A DNA stretch of 64,000 bases from contig NC_042998.1 of assembly GCF_006345805.1 (NCBI RefSeq), positions 115,444,001 to 115,508,000 of the forward strand, written 5' to 3'. Of the stretch, positions 23,714 to 37,680 are shown piece by piece (within the stretch, counting starts at the first letter, position 1; every line of letters begins with the position of its first letter). The position numbers were made by a program, and so were the translations under genes. This DNA comes from Octopus sinensis (lineage: Eukaryota). The notes under the pieces were generated by a model. The model saw only the letters and a program-made list of their open reading frames with translations. It did not search any database and had not been told where the DNA came from.

Positions 23714-24828
23714 TAGGGTTGTCCGGAAAGTTCGTGCCGGTTTATAATAGCTTACCTTTCGACTTATTTTAGAACATGATTGAGTCCATAAAATAGGATT
23801 TGACTACACCTCGATTTAGAGCACAGTTTAAGCTATCTTCTCGTGGAAGAAGGTTTATGTTCCTATAACCTGTGTAAATTCTGTAACCTCTTTAAAATGG
23901 AAGATAAGAAAGTTTATTTTCGGCACTTGATGACTTTCTTTTTCCGTAAAGGGGAAAAATGCCTCACAAGCAACCAAAGAAATATGTGCAGTTTACGGTG
24001 ATGTTTCTTTATCCGAAAGAACTGTACGGAGGCGGTTCGCAAGGTTCCGAGCTGGAGATTGTAGCCTTATTGATAAAGAGCGATCAGGCAGACCATCTGC
24101 TACAGATGATGATGATATCAAGTCATTAATTGAGAATAACCCACATTGCACAACCCGAGAATGGGCAGAAAGCCTCAACCTATCAAAATCCGTCGTTCAT
24201 GAGCACCTGGTAAAGCTTGGGTACACAGATCACTACGATGTTTGGGTATCACATGAGTTGAGTGAGAAGAACCTTTTGGATCGCATTTCCATCTGTGATT
24301 CGCTTTATAAACGGAATGAAAACACGCCTTTTTTAAAGCAAATTGTGACAGGTGGATGATGAGAAATGGATTATCTACCGAAATCTTCAGAGAAAGCGAT
24401 CCTGGAGTAAGCGACATGAGCCAACGTTAGCCACTCCAAAAGCGGGTCTCCACCGTAAAAAAAGTCTTGCTTGGTGAAATTGGAAAGGAATTCTGTACTA
24501 TGAGCTTCTCCCAAGTAACTAGACAATTAATTCTGAGAAATACTGCACAAAACTGGACTAGTTAAAAGCAGAAATTCAAGAGAAACGTCCAGAATTGGCC
24601 AACAGGAAGGGTGTTGTTTTCCAAAAGGATAATGCAAAGCCGCACGTTTCTTTGGGAACCAGACAAAAATTGCTGCAGCTTGGCTGGGATGTGTTACCCC
24701 ACCCTCCATATTCACCAGATATTGCTCCTTCGGATTTCCACTTATTTAGGTCTCTGCAGAATAGTGTTAATGGTAAAAATTTCAATTCCTTGGATGACGG
24801 AAAAAGATAGCTTGCTGAATTCTTTGCC
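23714..24828 (+). mobile_element. 3'-truncated mariner (DD34D, mellifera/Ammar1-Famar1-like) pseudogene
   Basis: Left TIR TAGGGTTGTCCGGAAAGTTCGT; ATG 23897 MEDKKVYFRHLM..FRKG.NASQA..ICAVYG; ERSGRP; RNENTPFLKQIVTG-DEKW; NRKGVVFQKDNAKPH; HPPYSPDIAPSDFHLFRSLQNS; frameshifts and stops; no right TIR. Confidence 0.92.
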
Positions 24829-25616
24829 ATATATACATATATGTACATGCCTTCAGACATTGACACATATATACAAACAGGTTGGCTGCAACTCGATTTT
24901 GAGGTGGTTTCTCAGTCCTGCAAGGGATAGGTGTGACAAAGAGAGACACCTCTTGCAGTAAGCATTCAGAGACTTCATTACCTTCACTGACACATACCTC
25001 CATTCGTTCATGGATTTTTTCTAGTGTCTTCCCTTTCTCGGCAACGATTTACCATAGCATGCAGCACATAATGATAAAGCTGTTAACAACTAAGTAATAC
25101 CTTGACTTGAAGGGTTTTTAAAAGTGGCAAGTCTTAAAGCATGGCCTATCCCACTCTCTTCTTTGTCACAAAATAACTAGTCTATATCCCTTCTGTACGA
25201 AGTCGTTAGTAGTATATCTGAGTTTTCCTTTATCTAGAGAGATGTCTAAACGAACAGTAGGGATCTTAGTCTCTGAGACGGTTGTTGACTTTACTGAGTT
25301 CATCCACCCTTTGACAGGTTTTGCATTTCTTCCTGTAAAAACCATCCTTCTTATCAAGTAGTTTCGGTAGGGTCGCACATACGACAAGACTTTGCTGCTA
25401 TATCCCTTTGCCAAATTTCACTGACAATGCGTTGGTCAACTACAGAACATGCTAGTGGATATCTTTACCATAGGTATCGTGAACTTGATGTTACTCGACA
25501 CCACTTGGTTACGAAGCGAACCCCGCAAATTCTTAATGAAGCTTAAACCCCGCGTTCATATATGTGTGAGCGCCCGTGTTTGTTCATGAGCATTTACATT
25601 TGTATATAGACATATA

Positions 25617-25682
<66 letters not shown>

Positions 25683-27253
25683 TGTGTGTGCGTGCGTGTG
25701 AGTATTTATACGCATGATCAGTTGTATATATAGACATATATGTGTATTACACATATGTCATATGTTAATGCTTTCTTTCCCAGTGTCGTACCAATATTTA
25801 AGTTGACTAAGATGGCATGTTATTTTCTGTGCGTGTAATTGCAATAATTTTCTTTTTCAGTATTTTGGAAATAAAAGATTTTATTCGGAAACCTGTAGCT
25901 ATCTACTTAACCTTAATTTGCTAATAACTAAGTTACAAATTGCGAAAACAGAAAGCGCTAATAGATATATAAAAAAAAACTGTAAATAAGTAAGACAAAG
26001 GAGAAAAAATAGTGGAAATTATCTTAGCAGACCTCAAGACCTCGAGCATCTACTAATTGCTTACAAAATGCACAAACATAATGATAGGAAAGGATGTTTT
26101 ATGATATATTTAGTTTTAACTTGAATACATATTGTATACAATTAGGTTTATCAAATTACGGTCTGAAAATAGACTGGAGGTCCGGCTAAAAAGAAGAAAA
26201 AAAAAACAAGAAAACTGGCGAAACAACGAAAATGTACTTAAAGACAAGGTTAAAAAAATCAACATAAAAGCATAAGACAGAACCGGCGATAGCAATTCAC
26301 GAAAGAAACTAATATAGAAGTGCATTGGCTAGCAATATATCATATTGATGGTAACTGATCGAAGGAGCAACTGACCAATATCATTAAAGTGATGTGGTGA
26401 GCGAAAAGCCACCTTGGAAAATAGCTGACAATATATTTGGACAATTCCTTGAATAATAAATACATAGTCACAGGCACGACATATATAGTTGCGGGGAGAT
26501 GGAATTAACTTAATTTCCTCCTTTTCTGACGATTATCTCTTTGGTTCTATCTACAAAGTTGCACCCATCCAATTCTTTGGTGGCCATACTGTATTTCAAT
26601 CCCATACGTGAGAAAGTAGTAGAGGAGGAAAGTCTATTTCTCGAGTGTATATATACATATATTATTAAAATGTAATTTGCTAAGAAGCATTAGTTATTTG
26701 CAAACGAAAGTAGGAGTAAAAAGATAAAAGTAAAAATAAGAGACGTAAACCGTCCATAATTGTTGTCTAGCAATTCAAGTAAAGTTCTTTCAGATTATAT
26801 TCTCCTTATCTGTGAAGAACTCAGCACATATTTGACTTCCTTAATCAACGACTTCAGCACTCTGAGACATTCTCTTCACACTCAGCCTAACACTACCATT
26901 GACCTCGACAGTCGATCATAAACAAAAAATACAAAACAGTGTCATTTCTAACTCAGTAAGATTTGCTACTGACAAGTTTGTGTCAGGCTAGAAGGCGCAC
27001 ATTTATCAAATTAACGTTGTGTTTTAGCGTATTATCAACACAAGATGGACAGTAAACAAGAATTGTGAACAAGATGATGTTAAGCATGTGCACTTGTATG
27101 AGAATGTGTTATATAGATATTTATGTATTAGAATGTATATGCTCAACGTTTTGTTTTTTCGCTTGTAGTTTTGTATTTAAGCATTTTTTAAAGATATAGT
27201 TTTTCCTTCATTCGTTCTTTTCAAATATATATATATGTATTTGTATATGTATG

Positions 27254-27321
<68 letters not shown>

Positions 27322-27672
27322 TGTCTGTGTGTGCGTGTCTGTGTGTGTGGTGTGTGTGTGTGTGTGTATTTACAGCATTTTTTTCGAGTAAAGATAAATA
27401 GTTTCTTTCTTCAACTGATGCTAATTAATTAGTGAAGGAGACCAGATGGTCAAATGATCTATCATCCGTGTACGAACCAAAATGAAGAAAGTTCGATGTC
27501 TATTGCAGTTCGTTTCTCTGATGTGAGCACATCCAGTAAATTGTCACTCTAGAGTAAAATAATAAAATCCTGCATTTTCTATGAGATATTATTGACGTGA
27601 TATCTACGGAGACAAGAGAATAATATATATGACCAGGGGCTGACACAAAAGCATTAATGCTATTGTTCTTAC

Positions 27673-27734
27673 CGTGTAATCCCTCGTCATTCCTGATCCA
27701 GGATACGACAATACTTATGGTCAAAGGCGTTCCA
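27673..27734 (-). CDS. Candidate exon GTPLTISIVVSWIRNDEGLH (Ig C-strand-like)
   Basis: Strong donor G|GTAAGA (phase 1); acceptor TTCATTAG is weak and may lie further upstream; VVSWIRN resembles Ig strand C. Confidence 0.35.
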
Positions 27735-28116
27735 CTAATGAATATCTTATATTTTCTTAAGTTATAGAGTATCAATTGAGTCACGGCCAGTTGAAATACG
27801 TTTGTACACTGTCTACACTATATATTGAGCATTATCTTCCTCTTTCGTTTCCAAACAGTTATATTCACGCGTCTTGTGTGTATATATAATTGTGGATGTA
27901 GTTGTATGCATGTTTTTATGAATGATAGAAAGTATAGACGTAATGCATGGGGATTACTCAGAAAAGGGGGCAGGATGTATTCCGTTGCTCGACAAACGCT
28001 TTACCCTCACCTCGTCGTTGCAAAGGAGCTATGGTGTCCAGCAACTAAATAGGTACATAAGTACGTGTATATACATATATAGACAGATATACTCACACAC
28101 TCGCTCACATATCTAT

Positions 28117-28160
<44 letters not shown>

Positions 28161-29806
28161 ATATCTATAAATGCCTGTATAAGTGTATATGTATATATAT
28201 ATAAACAGAGAGGGAGACAGAGAAAGATACATATATATTTATATATATATATGTATGTATATATATATATATTTATATATATATATATATGTGCGTGTGT
28301 GTGTGTGCATATGTATACATACATACATATGTAAACAAATACACACACATATATATATATACGGACATACAAAGGAAATAGAGATGAGAAATAATTAGAA
28401 CTGATCTGATTGTCAAAGAGTACAATAATATATAGAATAATAACATTGTCTAATGATTGGTTGTCGCTACAAAATGCTATATAATTTAGTAGTGTATACA
28501 GTAAATTAGGAAAGTAGCCAACACGTTACAAGCAGAATGTGGACAATCAAGTCTCACACAAATATCGAGGTGTTGTAATAAGACAATCAGAGTTGTAATG
28601 TTCTTAGCTTAACATCTTTCCTAAAATAAAAGACGTCAAATATAAGTGAAAAAGAACCGTAGTACATGGAGTCATGGCTATGCGACGGTGACGTTTGGAT
28701 TGCAGCCACGTGGTTCCGATTTCGTTCCCACATGTCATCCTGGGTAAATACTTTCCGCTATGGCTTCGGTTTTGCTAAACTGAAGCAAGTGGAATTTGTA
28801 AGATAGAAATGGTCGTGGCTGAAACTAAGAGACCTGAATCGCAACCCCGTGGCTCCAGTTTTGATCTCACTTGTCACATTAGGTAAAAGGCTTCTAAGAT
28901 GAAAAATAGTTATTTACACCAAGTAGAGCGACATCTACAAGGATTATTTGCATATTTACTTTTAACATATTTAGACAAGTTCAAACGTCGTGTGTATTGA
29001 ACACACTGTCGACGCAAAACGGAGAAGTTATTCCCCTTAGATATACGTCAGAGCGTCCAGCATACTTTGGCTTTGAACTTGCCTAGACGTGTTAACAATA
29101 AAGATACAAATTATCATTCTTCTAGTATGGTTTCGCTATAATACTAACCGAACTGAATTCGTGAGATGGCAGTTGCATATTCGCCTCGTATACGAGATAT
29201 ATTTCAAGAGATTTGAGCCTGATTGTAAATCCTTTTAAAAATAAAATAGAATTATGTCTGTCTTACTTTTATGTTGATGGCCTCAAAACTTTTTATAAAA
29301 CCCATACATTTGTCGCTATGTATGGATGTACGTCGGACAAAAAGCCGGTGGTGTTGCTTATATCGTAAGTTTTTATGTATTGTTAATTAGCTGTTTGATA
29401 CAGTACAGATCCATAAAGTAAATGCTAAAACTGAAATACGTTCTGCGATCAGTAAATCCCATTTCTTGTTTTTTATTTGCTTCAGTGAAACGTTTTGACG
29501 AACAAATCGATCCCATAGTTATTATTTTTTCAAATCTGGTACTTCTATCGGTGTCTTTTATTGAAACTAGAATACAAACAAGAAAACAAAGACATAAAAG
29601 TACACGCGCTCAGAGTGGAGCAAAGGTCACGTAGAAAAAATGAGTTCAATACTCTCTGGAATTTGTCAAAGCCACTTCATTTCTGAAATTGAATTAAATA
29701 AATATAATAATGATGAATACACTCGTACTTGTACATGATAAAGAAAATGAACTATAGCGAAATAGAAATAATACGTCAAATGCTTTGACGCGTGACTTTT
29801 GACCCA

Positions 29807-29852
<46 letters not shown>

Positions 29853-29881
29853 GTATATGTATATATATATATATATATATA

Positions 29882-30215
29882 TTCTTTTATTCATTTATTT
29901 TTTCAGTCATTTGACTGTGGCCGTACTGGAGCACTGCTTTTAGTCGAACAAATCGACACCAGGACTTATTCTTCGTAATCCTTATCAATATCTGTTGTCA
30001 TGTGATGGCGGGTGGGGGACAAACACAGGCACACAAATATATATATAGATATAAGACGGGCTTCTTTCAGTTTCCGTCTACCAAATTCACTCACAAGGCT
30101 TTGATCGGTCCAAGGCTACAGTAGAAGACACTTGCCCAAGGTGCCAAGCAATGGGACTGAACCGGAACCATGTGGTTGGTAAGCAAACTACTTACCACGC
30201 AGCCACTCCTGCGTC
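29882..30215 (-). mobile_element. SINE family A, near full length
   Basis: Reverse complement of the 50320 copy including A/B boxes and tail, with an internal deletion. Confidence 0.85.
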
Positions 30216-30505
30216 TATATATACACATAAAGCGGTGCATAAATATATGCACACACCTTCACAAACAAACAAAAAAACACACACGTGTCTCCCCCCCCCA
30301 CGCATACACACAGATGCGCATGCTCAGGGATTAATTAATTTTCGGTAGGGTACCCAGATGCACAGTGTATCCTTCTGGTGGCGGTTCCGGAGAAGGGGCA
30401 AGGTTGGAGTGGTGAAGGAAGCAAACGCAAGAGATGGTGAAATCTGATAGAAAAGCCGTGTGTGTGTACTGCTCCGCCTTTTTCTCTCCGCAAACACACA
30501 AACAA

Positions 30506-30540
<35 letters not shown>

Positions 30541-30798
30541 CATACATACATACATATATATACACTCACATACAGGCACCTATACATGCATATATATATG
30601 TGTGTGTGTGTATATATATATTTATGCATATATATGTATAACACACATCTACTCATACAAATATGTAAACATACATACATGTATATACACATAACTGCAT
30701 GTGTATATATGTAGGTATATGAATATATGTACACACGTACTAACATATACATGCATATATACACACTCACACACACATTCTCACATACACACACACAG

Positions 30799-30834
<36 letters not shown>

Positions 30835-31169
30835 GTATACATATGTGTCAGAATGTGTGTTTGTGTTGTGTGCTTCGTGTGTGTTGATAATCTGTAGAAT
30901 AATATTTGGTAAACTCAATTTACTGTCCATTCCTCACACCAAGCATTCAGTGTCAGTAGTTCTGTCGGCCATAAATAACTAAACATGGTGTTACTCAACA
31001 CCAATTTACTTGTCTCAACATAACAGTAATTGAACAACTCTCTCGCTAATATCTGACCTACACTTCTGTTAAATATTTACACTGCAAATTAACTAGATGC
31101 CTTCAACTCTTGCACTACTGCTTTCTGTAGTCTTGTTCCTCATTGTTCATATTATCCCCGTGTTCTTTC

Positions 31170-31322
31170 GCTCTCCTCCTCCTTCTTCTTCTTCTTCTTC
31201 TTCTTCTTCTTCTTCTTCTTCTTCTTCTTCTTCTCTTCTTCTTCTTCTTCTTCTTCTTCTTCTTCTTCTTCTTCTTCCTCTTTCTCTTCTTCTTTTTCTT
31301 CTCACTTTCTTCCCATCTGTCT

Positions 31323-31404
<82 letters not shown>

Positions 31405-31420
31405 GTCAGTTTGTCTGCCT
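31170..31420. repeat. (TTC)n then (TATC)n microsatellites
   Basis: Direct reading. Confidence 0.95.
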
Positions 31421-31658
31421 GGCTGTCCGCCTGCCTGCTTGTCTGCTTGTCTGTATGCCTCTATCACTAGAAACTCAACTCCAATATATTTCAATTACTT
31501 CTTTCATGTATGTATGTATTCATGCATGCATGTATGCGTATGTATGTATGTATATTTGTATGTGTTTACACTTACACATCAATCTATCTATGTATCTGTC
31601 AATGTATCTGTTTATTTATCTGTCTATCAATCTATATATCTATCTGTCTGTCTGTCTT

Positions 31659-31691
<33 letters not shown>

Positions 31692-31959
31692 TTGTCTGTC
31701 TGCTTGTCTATCTCTCTATCCCCCTCTCTCTCTCTCTCTCAATCTCTCTGTCTCTATGTATATATATATGAATACACTCCCATCTCTTTCATATACACAC
31801 ACTCACAAACACAAACATACATACACAGACTCATATATACACACATCCACACGCAGAGAGAGAGAGAGAGAGATGTGCATATCGCTGTATAGATCGCCAA
31901 TCTCTCCGATGTTGTTGTGACACGATTTTAGTTACTATGCGCGCCTTCACATAGTTGTA

Positions 31960-32172
31960 GCCTTCAAATGATGCAATCCCGCTTGCTCGCTAGGTAAGTC
32001 AACAATATCCTGATCATGAAGCCACTAAATCAGAGGTGAACCAATTTATCGCAAACTAGACGGAAGCAAAGTAACATGAAGCTCTTTGTTCCGGGACACA
32101 ACGCATCTCCAGTCTGGGAACTGAAAATACGATCTTCCGATCATGATTGCGCAACCCTAGCCACTTGGCCAC
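31960..32172 (-). mobile_element. Degraded SINE family B-like copy
   Basis: Minus strand AAGTGGCTAGGGTTGCGCAATCATGATCGGAAGATCG...GTTCCCAGACTGGAGATGCGTTGTGTCC parallels the 689 copy. Confidence 0.5.
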
Positions 32173-32277
32173 TATCTTTCACATATATATACACACACAT
32201 ACTCACACACACACACATATGCACGTCCCCCCCCATCACTTGACAATTGATGGGGGGGGGGGAAAACACAGACACAA

Positions 32278-32673
32278 AGAGACTTAGTAATTTTAATATT
32301 TCTATTATTGAAAACAAGTGGATGTATTCCAATGAAACTAGGTAAATAAAGCCTTCGAACTGGGACGATCAGTAGCGACACCTGCAAGTCTGACTACGCT
32401 GCATTGATAAGGGGCAACAACCCTGAAACATGTCTGTAGCTGTCTGACTGGCAGGATGAAGCGGCTGACCTCCCTTGTTCGAAGGTTTGTAATGGACGCA
32501 GGTTCGTGTGTCAAATAGCTAGCTTGAGGCGGTGGCCTCTTGGAGCTAATCAGCGACAGCTTTAGTCTTATATTTATAAGACTGCCATATTAGTATGGTG
32601 ATAACTATTAATTTCCAGTAACGCTGCCGTAATCTCCTTTAGAGAGACTTAGTAATTTTAATATTTCTATTAT
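32278..32673 (+). mobile_element. Candidate retrozyme / Penelope pseudo-LTR unit (365-bp period)
   Basis: Identical 31-bp direct repeats AGAGACTTAGTAATTTTAATATTTCTATTAT at 32278-32308 and 32643-32673 enclosing a hammerhead; no ORF. Confidence 0.6.
32398..32440 (+). ncRNA. Minimal type I hammerhead ribozyme (U3:A8 variant)
   Basis: GCUGCA-UUGAUAA-GGGG CAACAA CCCU-GAAA-CAUG-UC-UGUAGC: stem I 6 bp (one G.U), stem II 4 bp (one G.U), palindromic CAUG stem III, GUC cleavage triplet (cut after 32434). Confidence 0.75.
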
Positions 32674-32718
32674 GTATTTATATACATATATATACATACA
32701 TGCATACATACACACATA

Positions 32719-32782
<64 letters not shown>

Positions 32783-32929
32783 CAACAACACACACATATA
32801 TATATATATTGTGATGAACACTTCCGTCGAAGCCGAGGTATGAGCGGTCACACTTTGCTGAATGACCTGCACAAGTGATTTGTTTATAGTAATCAAATGT
32901 TCGTGCTGCACACGAGATCTCACTCCATC

Positions 32930-33108
32930 CCTCAAATTGACGTTATCTGAACTGGTTTATTGTATGCCACGCGTCAGGTGTCGAAAGGGACGTAGAGCAA
33001 CGTGAGATGAAAGGTTTTGCTCAAGATTACTACTTACCACTCGGCTTAGAAATTGAAATCTTGATTGCTAGATCGTAAGTGCAACACACTAGCCACAAGG
33101 TCATGCGC
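32930..33108 (-). mobile_element. Degraded SINE family B-like copy
   Basis: Minus-strand tRNA-like head GGGCGCATGACCTTGTGGCTAGTGTGTTGCACTTACGATC followed by CTTGAGCAAAACCTTTCATCTCACGTTGCTCT. Confidence 0.5.
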
Positions 33109-33169
33109 CCTCACACACACAAAAATAACGCGCGCGCACACATGCCTACACTGACAGACAGACATACAT

Positions 33170-33452
<283 letters not shown>

Positions 33453-34023
33453 CAATCACAAATTAAAAGCAGCGCTAATTTTGTAAACGTTATCGACCTC
33501 CCATACTCAATGCTTGGCTTTGCTTGGTCAACGATTCGCTACATGATACCTTATCTAAAGCATATTTCTCAAGCTCTGAGGAGGATATTGGTAGTTATGT
33601 TTGGTAGTCTTGTGATCTGTAAGTCAAGTATCAAATGCCGTTCCGTTCCTTATCCTGTATTTGACGTTTTCTTTGGAGTTTTTTGGGGAAAATTTAGCAT
33701 AACCAGATAACTCCAAGATCAAAGGCCAAACAAGAAACACGTAGATGTAAAACCAACATCATTAATATTAGCAGCTTAATTGGTGAGAAAAATGGCTAAA
33801 GGCTTCAACCATGATTTCTAATTATCTTGCATACTTTGTTCACTTCTTAGTCTTCGTTGCTAATGTGACACTTTGCATGACAGATTAATATCATGTGCAA
33901 CTGAATGCGTCAGGAATATTATACATTTCTTGCATATACTCTAAAAGAGCACTGTTTCCGTGCAGTCAATATGAGTTCAGGAGCTTATTTGGTACACACA
34001 CACACACACACACACACATATGC

Positions 34024-34054
<31 letters not shown>

Positions 34055-35189
34055 ACTATATGATATAAATATATGCATATATGTACATGTACATTTGTGT
34101 ATATATGTATATATAAAGATATATATTTATATCGATAAGAAGATATATAGATAGATTATGCACACATACATATACATATACACACACATATGTATGTAGG
34201 CATGTATGTAGTTTGTTGTGTATACATGTGATGTAAGTATGCTTATTTATAAATATTTATATGTGTGTGTGTGTGTGTGTTTGCAGATAATATATTTATT
34301 TCTATGTATTAAAATTCATTTATGTATACACACACACACACATACATACATATATACATAATGTGCATATGCCTGTATATATTTGTTTAAGTATATGTGT
34401 GGATATATATGCGGGTGTATTGGTTTGTATGTTATGCGTATGTATTGGTTTGTATGTTATGCGCATTTGTGCGTGTGTGTATGTGAGTGTGTGCATGCGT
34501 GTGAGTGTGTGCATGCGTGTGCCTGTGTGTGTGCGTGTGTGTGTGTTATTGGGACAGTTTATGAATGCATTCGCTATACTGCCATGGTTATTGTGTTGTT
34601 GTTTTTTTATGCTGCTGAAGTTTGTGGTGATTTCCTAATGCTGATAAAGCGGATTGTTTTTTTCTAACCGATCTCTTTATCTGCTTATTGTATAAATGAG
34701 GCGTGTATGTCTACCGATATTAGGTGGGGTAGCACCAATCTTCCGTTACATTTTCTTCATCAGCTCCAGGGAGATTTTATTAACAATCTAATATGTTGAA
34801 TACTTTAGAGAATTACACATACATAAATATATGCAGGAATACACATATGCTTATATACATGCATGTATATACAATTGTTTCCATATAATTACACGCATGC
34901 TTTCATACGAGCATTTGTGTGGGAGTGTGTGTGTGTGCGCGTGTGTGCAAGCATGGTTATCAAAAGAAAAATTATGCTGGTAAAATTAGGTCCACAAAGA
35001 AAAAAAAAATGTTATAGCAAAACGGGAAAATAAACCTGTAAAAATGAGTGATTGTCTTCGAAAATATTTACTGTGCAAAAAACAAAACACCCTCTATGAA
35101 CACAACATATACAAATAAACCCGAAACAAACTCCGTCTTATAAACAGATGAACCCAAGCAAAATTAATACACACAGATACACAAGTATA

Positions 35190-35200
35190 CATACGCACAC

Positions 35201-35267
<67 letters not shown>

Positions 35268-35268
35268 T

Positions 35269-35300
<32 letters not shown>

Positions 35301-35322
35301 ATATACCTATACAAACATATAC

Positions 35323-35418
<96 letters not shown>

Positions 35419-35460
35419 GTATATATATGTATATATATGCATGTATGTATGTATATGTAC
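35190..35460. repeat. (TA)n tract
   Basis: Direct reading. Confidence 0.95.
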
Positions 35461-35632
35461 TGGGGCAAATACACAGCTAGCTTATTGCCGAAAAATAATC
35501 AAAAGATCACCTAATAGGTTGGAATAATAATAAACATTCGAATGTTCCAAGGCGAAAGATGGAGGCAGCATCTAATGATCTAATGGGAAGCATGATGCTA
35601 AATGAACAACCTTCGAAAAAAAACATATACAT

Positions 35633-35684
<52 letters not shown>

Positions 35685-36088
35685 CACACACACATACACA
35701 CACACACACACATATATATACATATATAATGAAACAAAGATTGTAATGCTCTGCTTCAGATGCACTACACAAATCCCCCAAATCACCTAGAAAAATGAGG
35801 AAACAAAGATTAAAAAGAAAAATGAACAGGCTGTACAACTAATTTACAAATAAAATATAATCAAACAGAAGATTCTAAAGAAACAGACAAAATAACTTCG
35901 ACCTATCTACTCAAGGGAGATAACTTCAAAGCACTAAGTTCATGATAAGTTTAAGAAAGCGAAGTGTAGATCAATATTATTTACCAAGCCTGGAAGGTCT
36001 TCATATATATACATACACACACACACACCACACACACACACAACACACACACACACACACACACACACAACATACACACACATACACA

Positions 36089-36128
<40 letters not shown>

Positions 36129-36158
36129 CACACACACACACCACACACACACACACAT

Positions 36159-36215
<57 letters not shown>

Positions 36216-36689
36216 CTTACACCATATTTGGGTGGGGTGAAATGGAGTTTGTTATATTATAATGGATTTTGTTTGATCCTTATTTTAAGTCTCTCTCTGA
36301 TGACACATCAGCTTCTGGTATCATTGCTACTCGTTCCAAAATCTTATTAAAGAACAATTGAATACCTTTCCACTCAGGAATAGTTAGGCTTGCTACACAG
36401 TGTCGCACATACGATAACTGTCATATATGACCATTACTAGATGCACACGCATGTTCTCTCACGTATCTATGCATGGACCGGACAGTTTGCAAGAAGAGAA
36501 CACACAATCGTGGAAAACGAATGCCAGATATTGCACTCTGGAAATCCTTGTTTCGCTAATGGCTACCTCACGTATATCGAGTGACCTCCGTTTGTCGAGC
36601 AAGTGATCTCGCCACCAAACCGAAACTAGACCCTGAAGAATTACACAACCGTAGAGATCAGAGAAAAGAAATTGGCTGAGGAAGAAATG

Positions 36690-37680
36690 GGGAAAAGCTT
36701 CTCTAGCATGCTATTATTTTGTATTTACTAGACTTTCCGGTGTCTTATTTGAAATTTTTTGTTAGTAGAAGATAAGACAGCAAATCAGTCTGTATGAGCA
36801 ATCTGTTTTAGGGTGTGTTTTTCTGAAGGTGGATTTCAGCGCAACCCACTCCATTTGTGAAAATGCTTTTGTTGCTGATTACCTCCTCGATGTTGCTCTT
36901 CTGAACAATAGAGAAATCGATAAAGGAATTTTATACCTGAAAGTGTGACTATTGGTCATGTAGTACAAGTGTTTGTTTTGTTTTCGTGATTTCTTCTGAA
37001 TTTTCCGTTGTGAATGTACTTGTAAGAATTGGTATATGTTGTTGTGATGATGGTGTTGATGTTGGTGTGTGATTTTGTGATGGATTTCTATCGGGTCATT
37101 GTGTTTCATCACCTTCAATTCGGATTGATACGTATTTGTTTGAGTTTTCTCTTTTCCTCAGCAAAGGTATTTTTGAATAATTTCTGCAGGCTTTCATCAC
37201 CCGATAGATTTTTTTTGTTATCGTTAGGCCTGAATCAGAAAAGAAGGCTTTTTCTTTTACAATTTGTATTAGCTGAGTATGAGAGAGGGCTCTTTTGCTG
37301 TTGATCGGGTTATTGCTTCACTGTGGAGCAAAAAGCTTCTGAGTGTTCACACATAACATTTCAGATTTCTTCCCTCTATAACCACTGACATCTCGCGTTC
37401 CTCAATAAAGAAAACATCGAAAATGCCAACGACTTTCTCTGCAGGGACTAGTATTAAGAATTCCATCTGATCTTGAATTGTATGAGTTGAGCGGTGAATT
37501 CACCCCCATAGTCTCCTCAGTTTCCTCCAGGATTGTATAGTCTTTTGCCGGATCTCAATAAGCCAGCGCGTATTTAACGCAAATTTATATATAAGGGAAT
37601 CATGATTAATATCTGATCAGTGCAGGTTATTGTAGCCAATCTTCAAGACGCTTACTTGCTAGTACAGTTGGCTGCTATCT
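36690..37680 (-). mobile_element. Degraded Penelope-like ORF N-terminal region (tentative)
   Basis: Broken minus frames (RNLKCYV*TLRSFLLHSEAI; NSHTF...SLL) resemble the pre-RT region of Penelope ORFs from memory; no catalytic motif seen. Confidence 0.35.

Noticed and set aside
24890-25500. Non-repetitive block after the truncated mariner, including ORF 25166-25414
   Set aside because: Probably a decayed retroelement ORF1, but no motif I can name with confidence.
32227-32262. C8-ATCA...TGAT-G11 hairpin next to the hammerhead unit
   Set aside because: Left part matches the SINE A internal motif CCCCCCATCACTTGACAA; pairing with a poly-G run is probably incidental.
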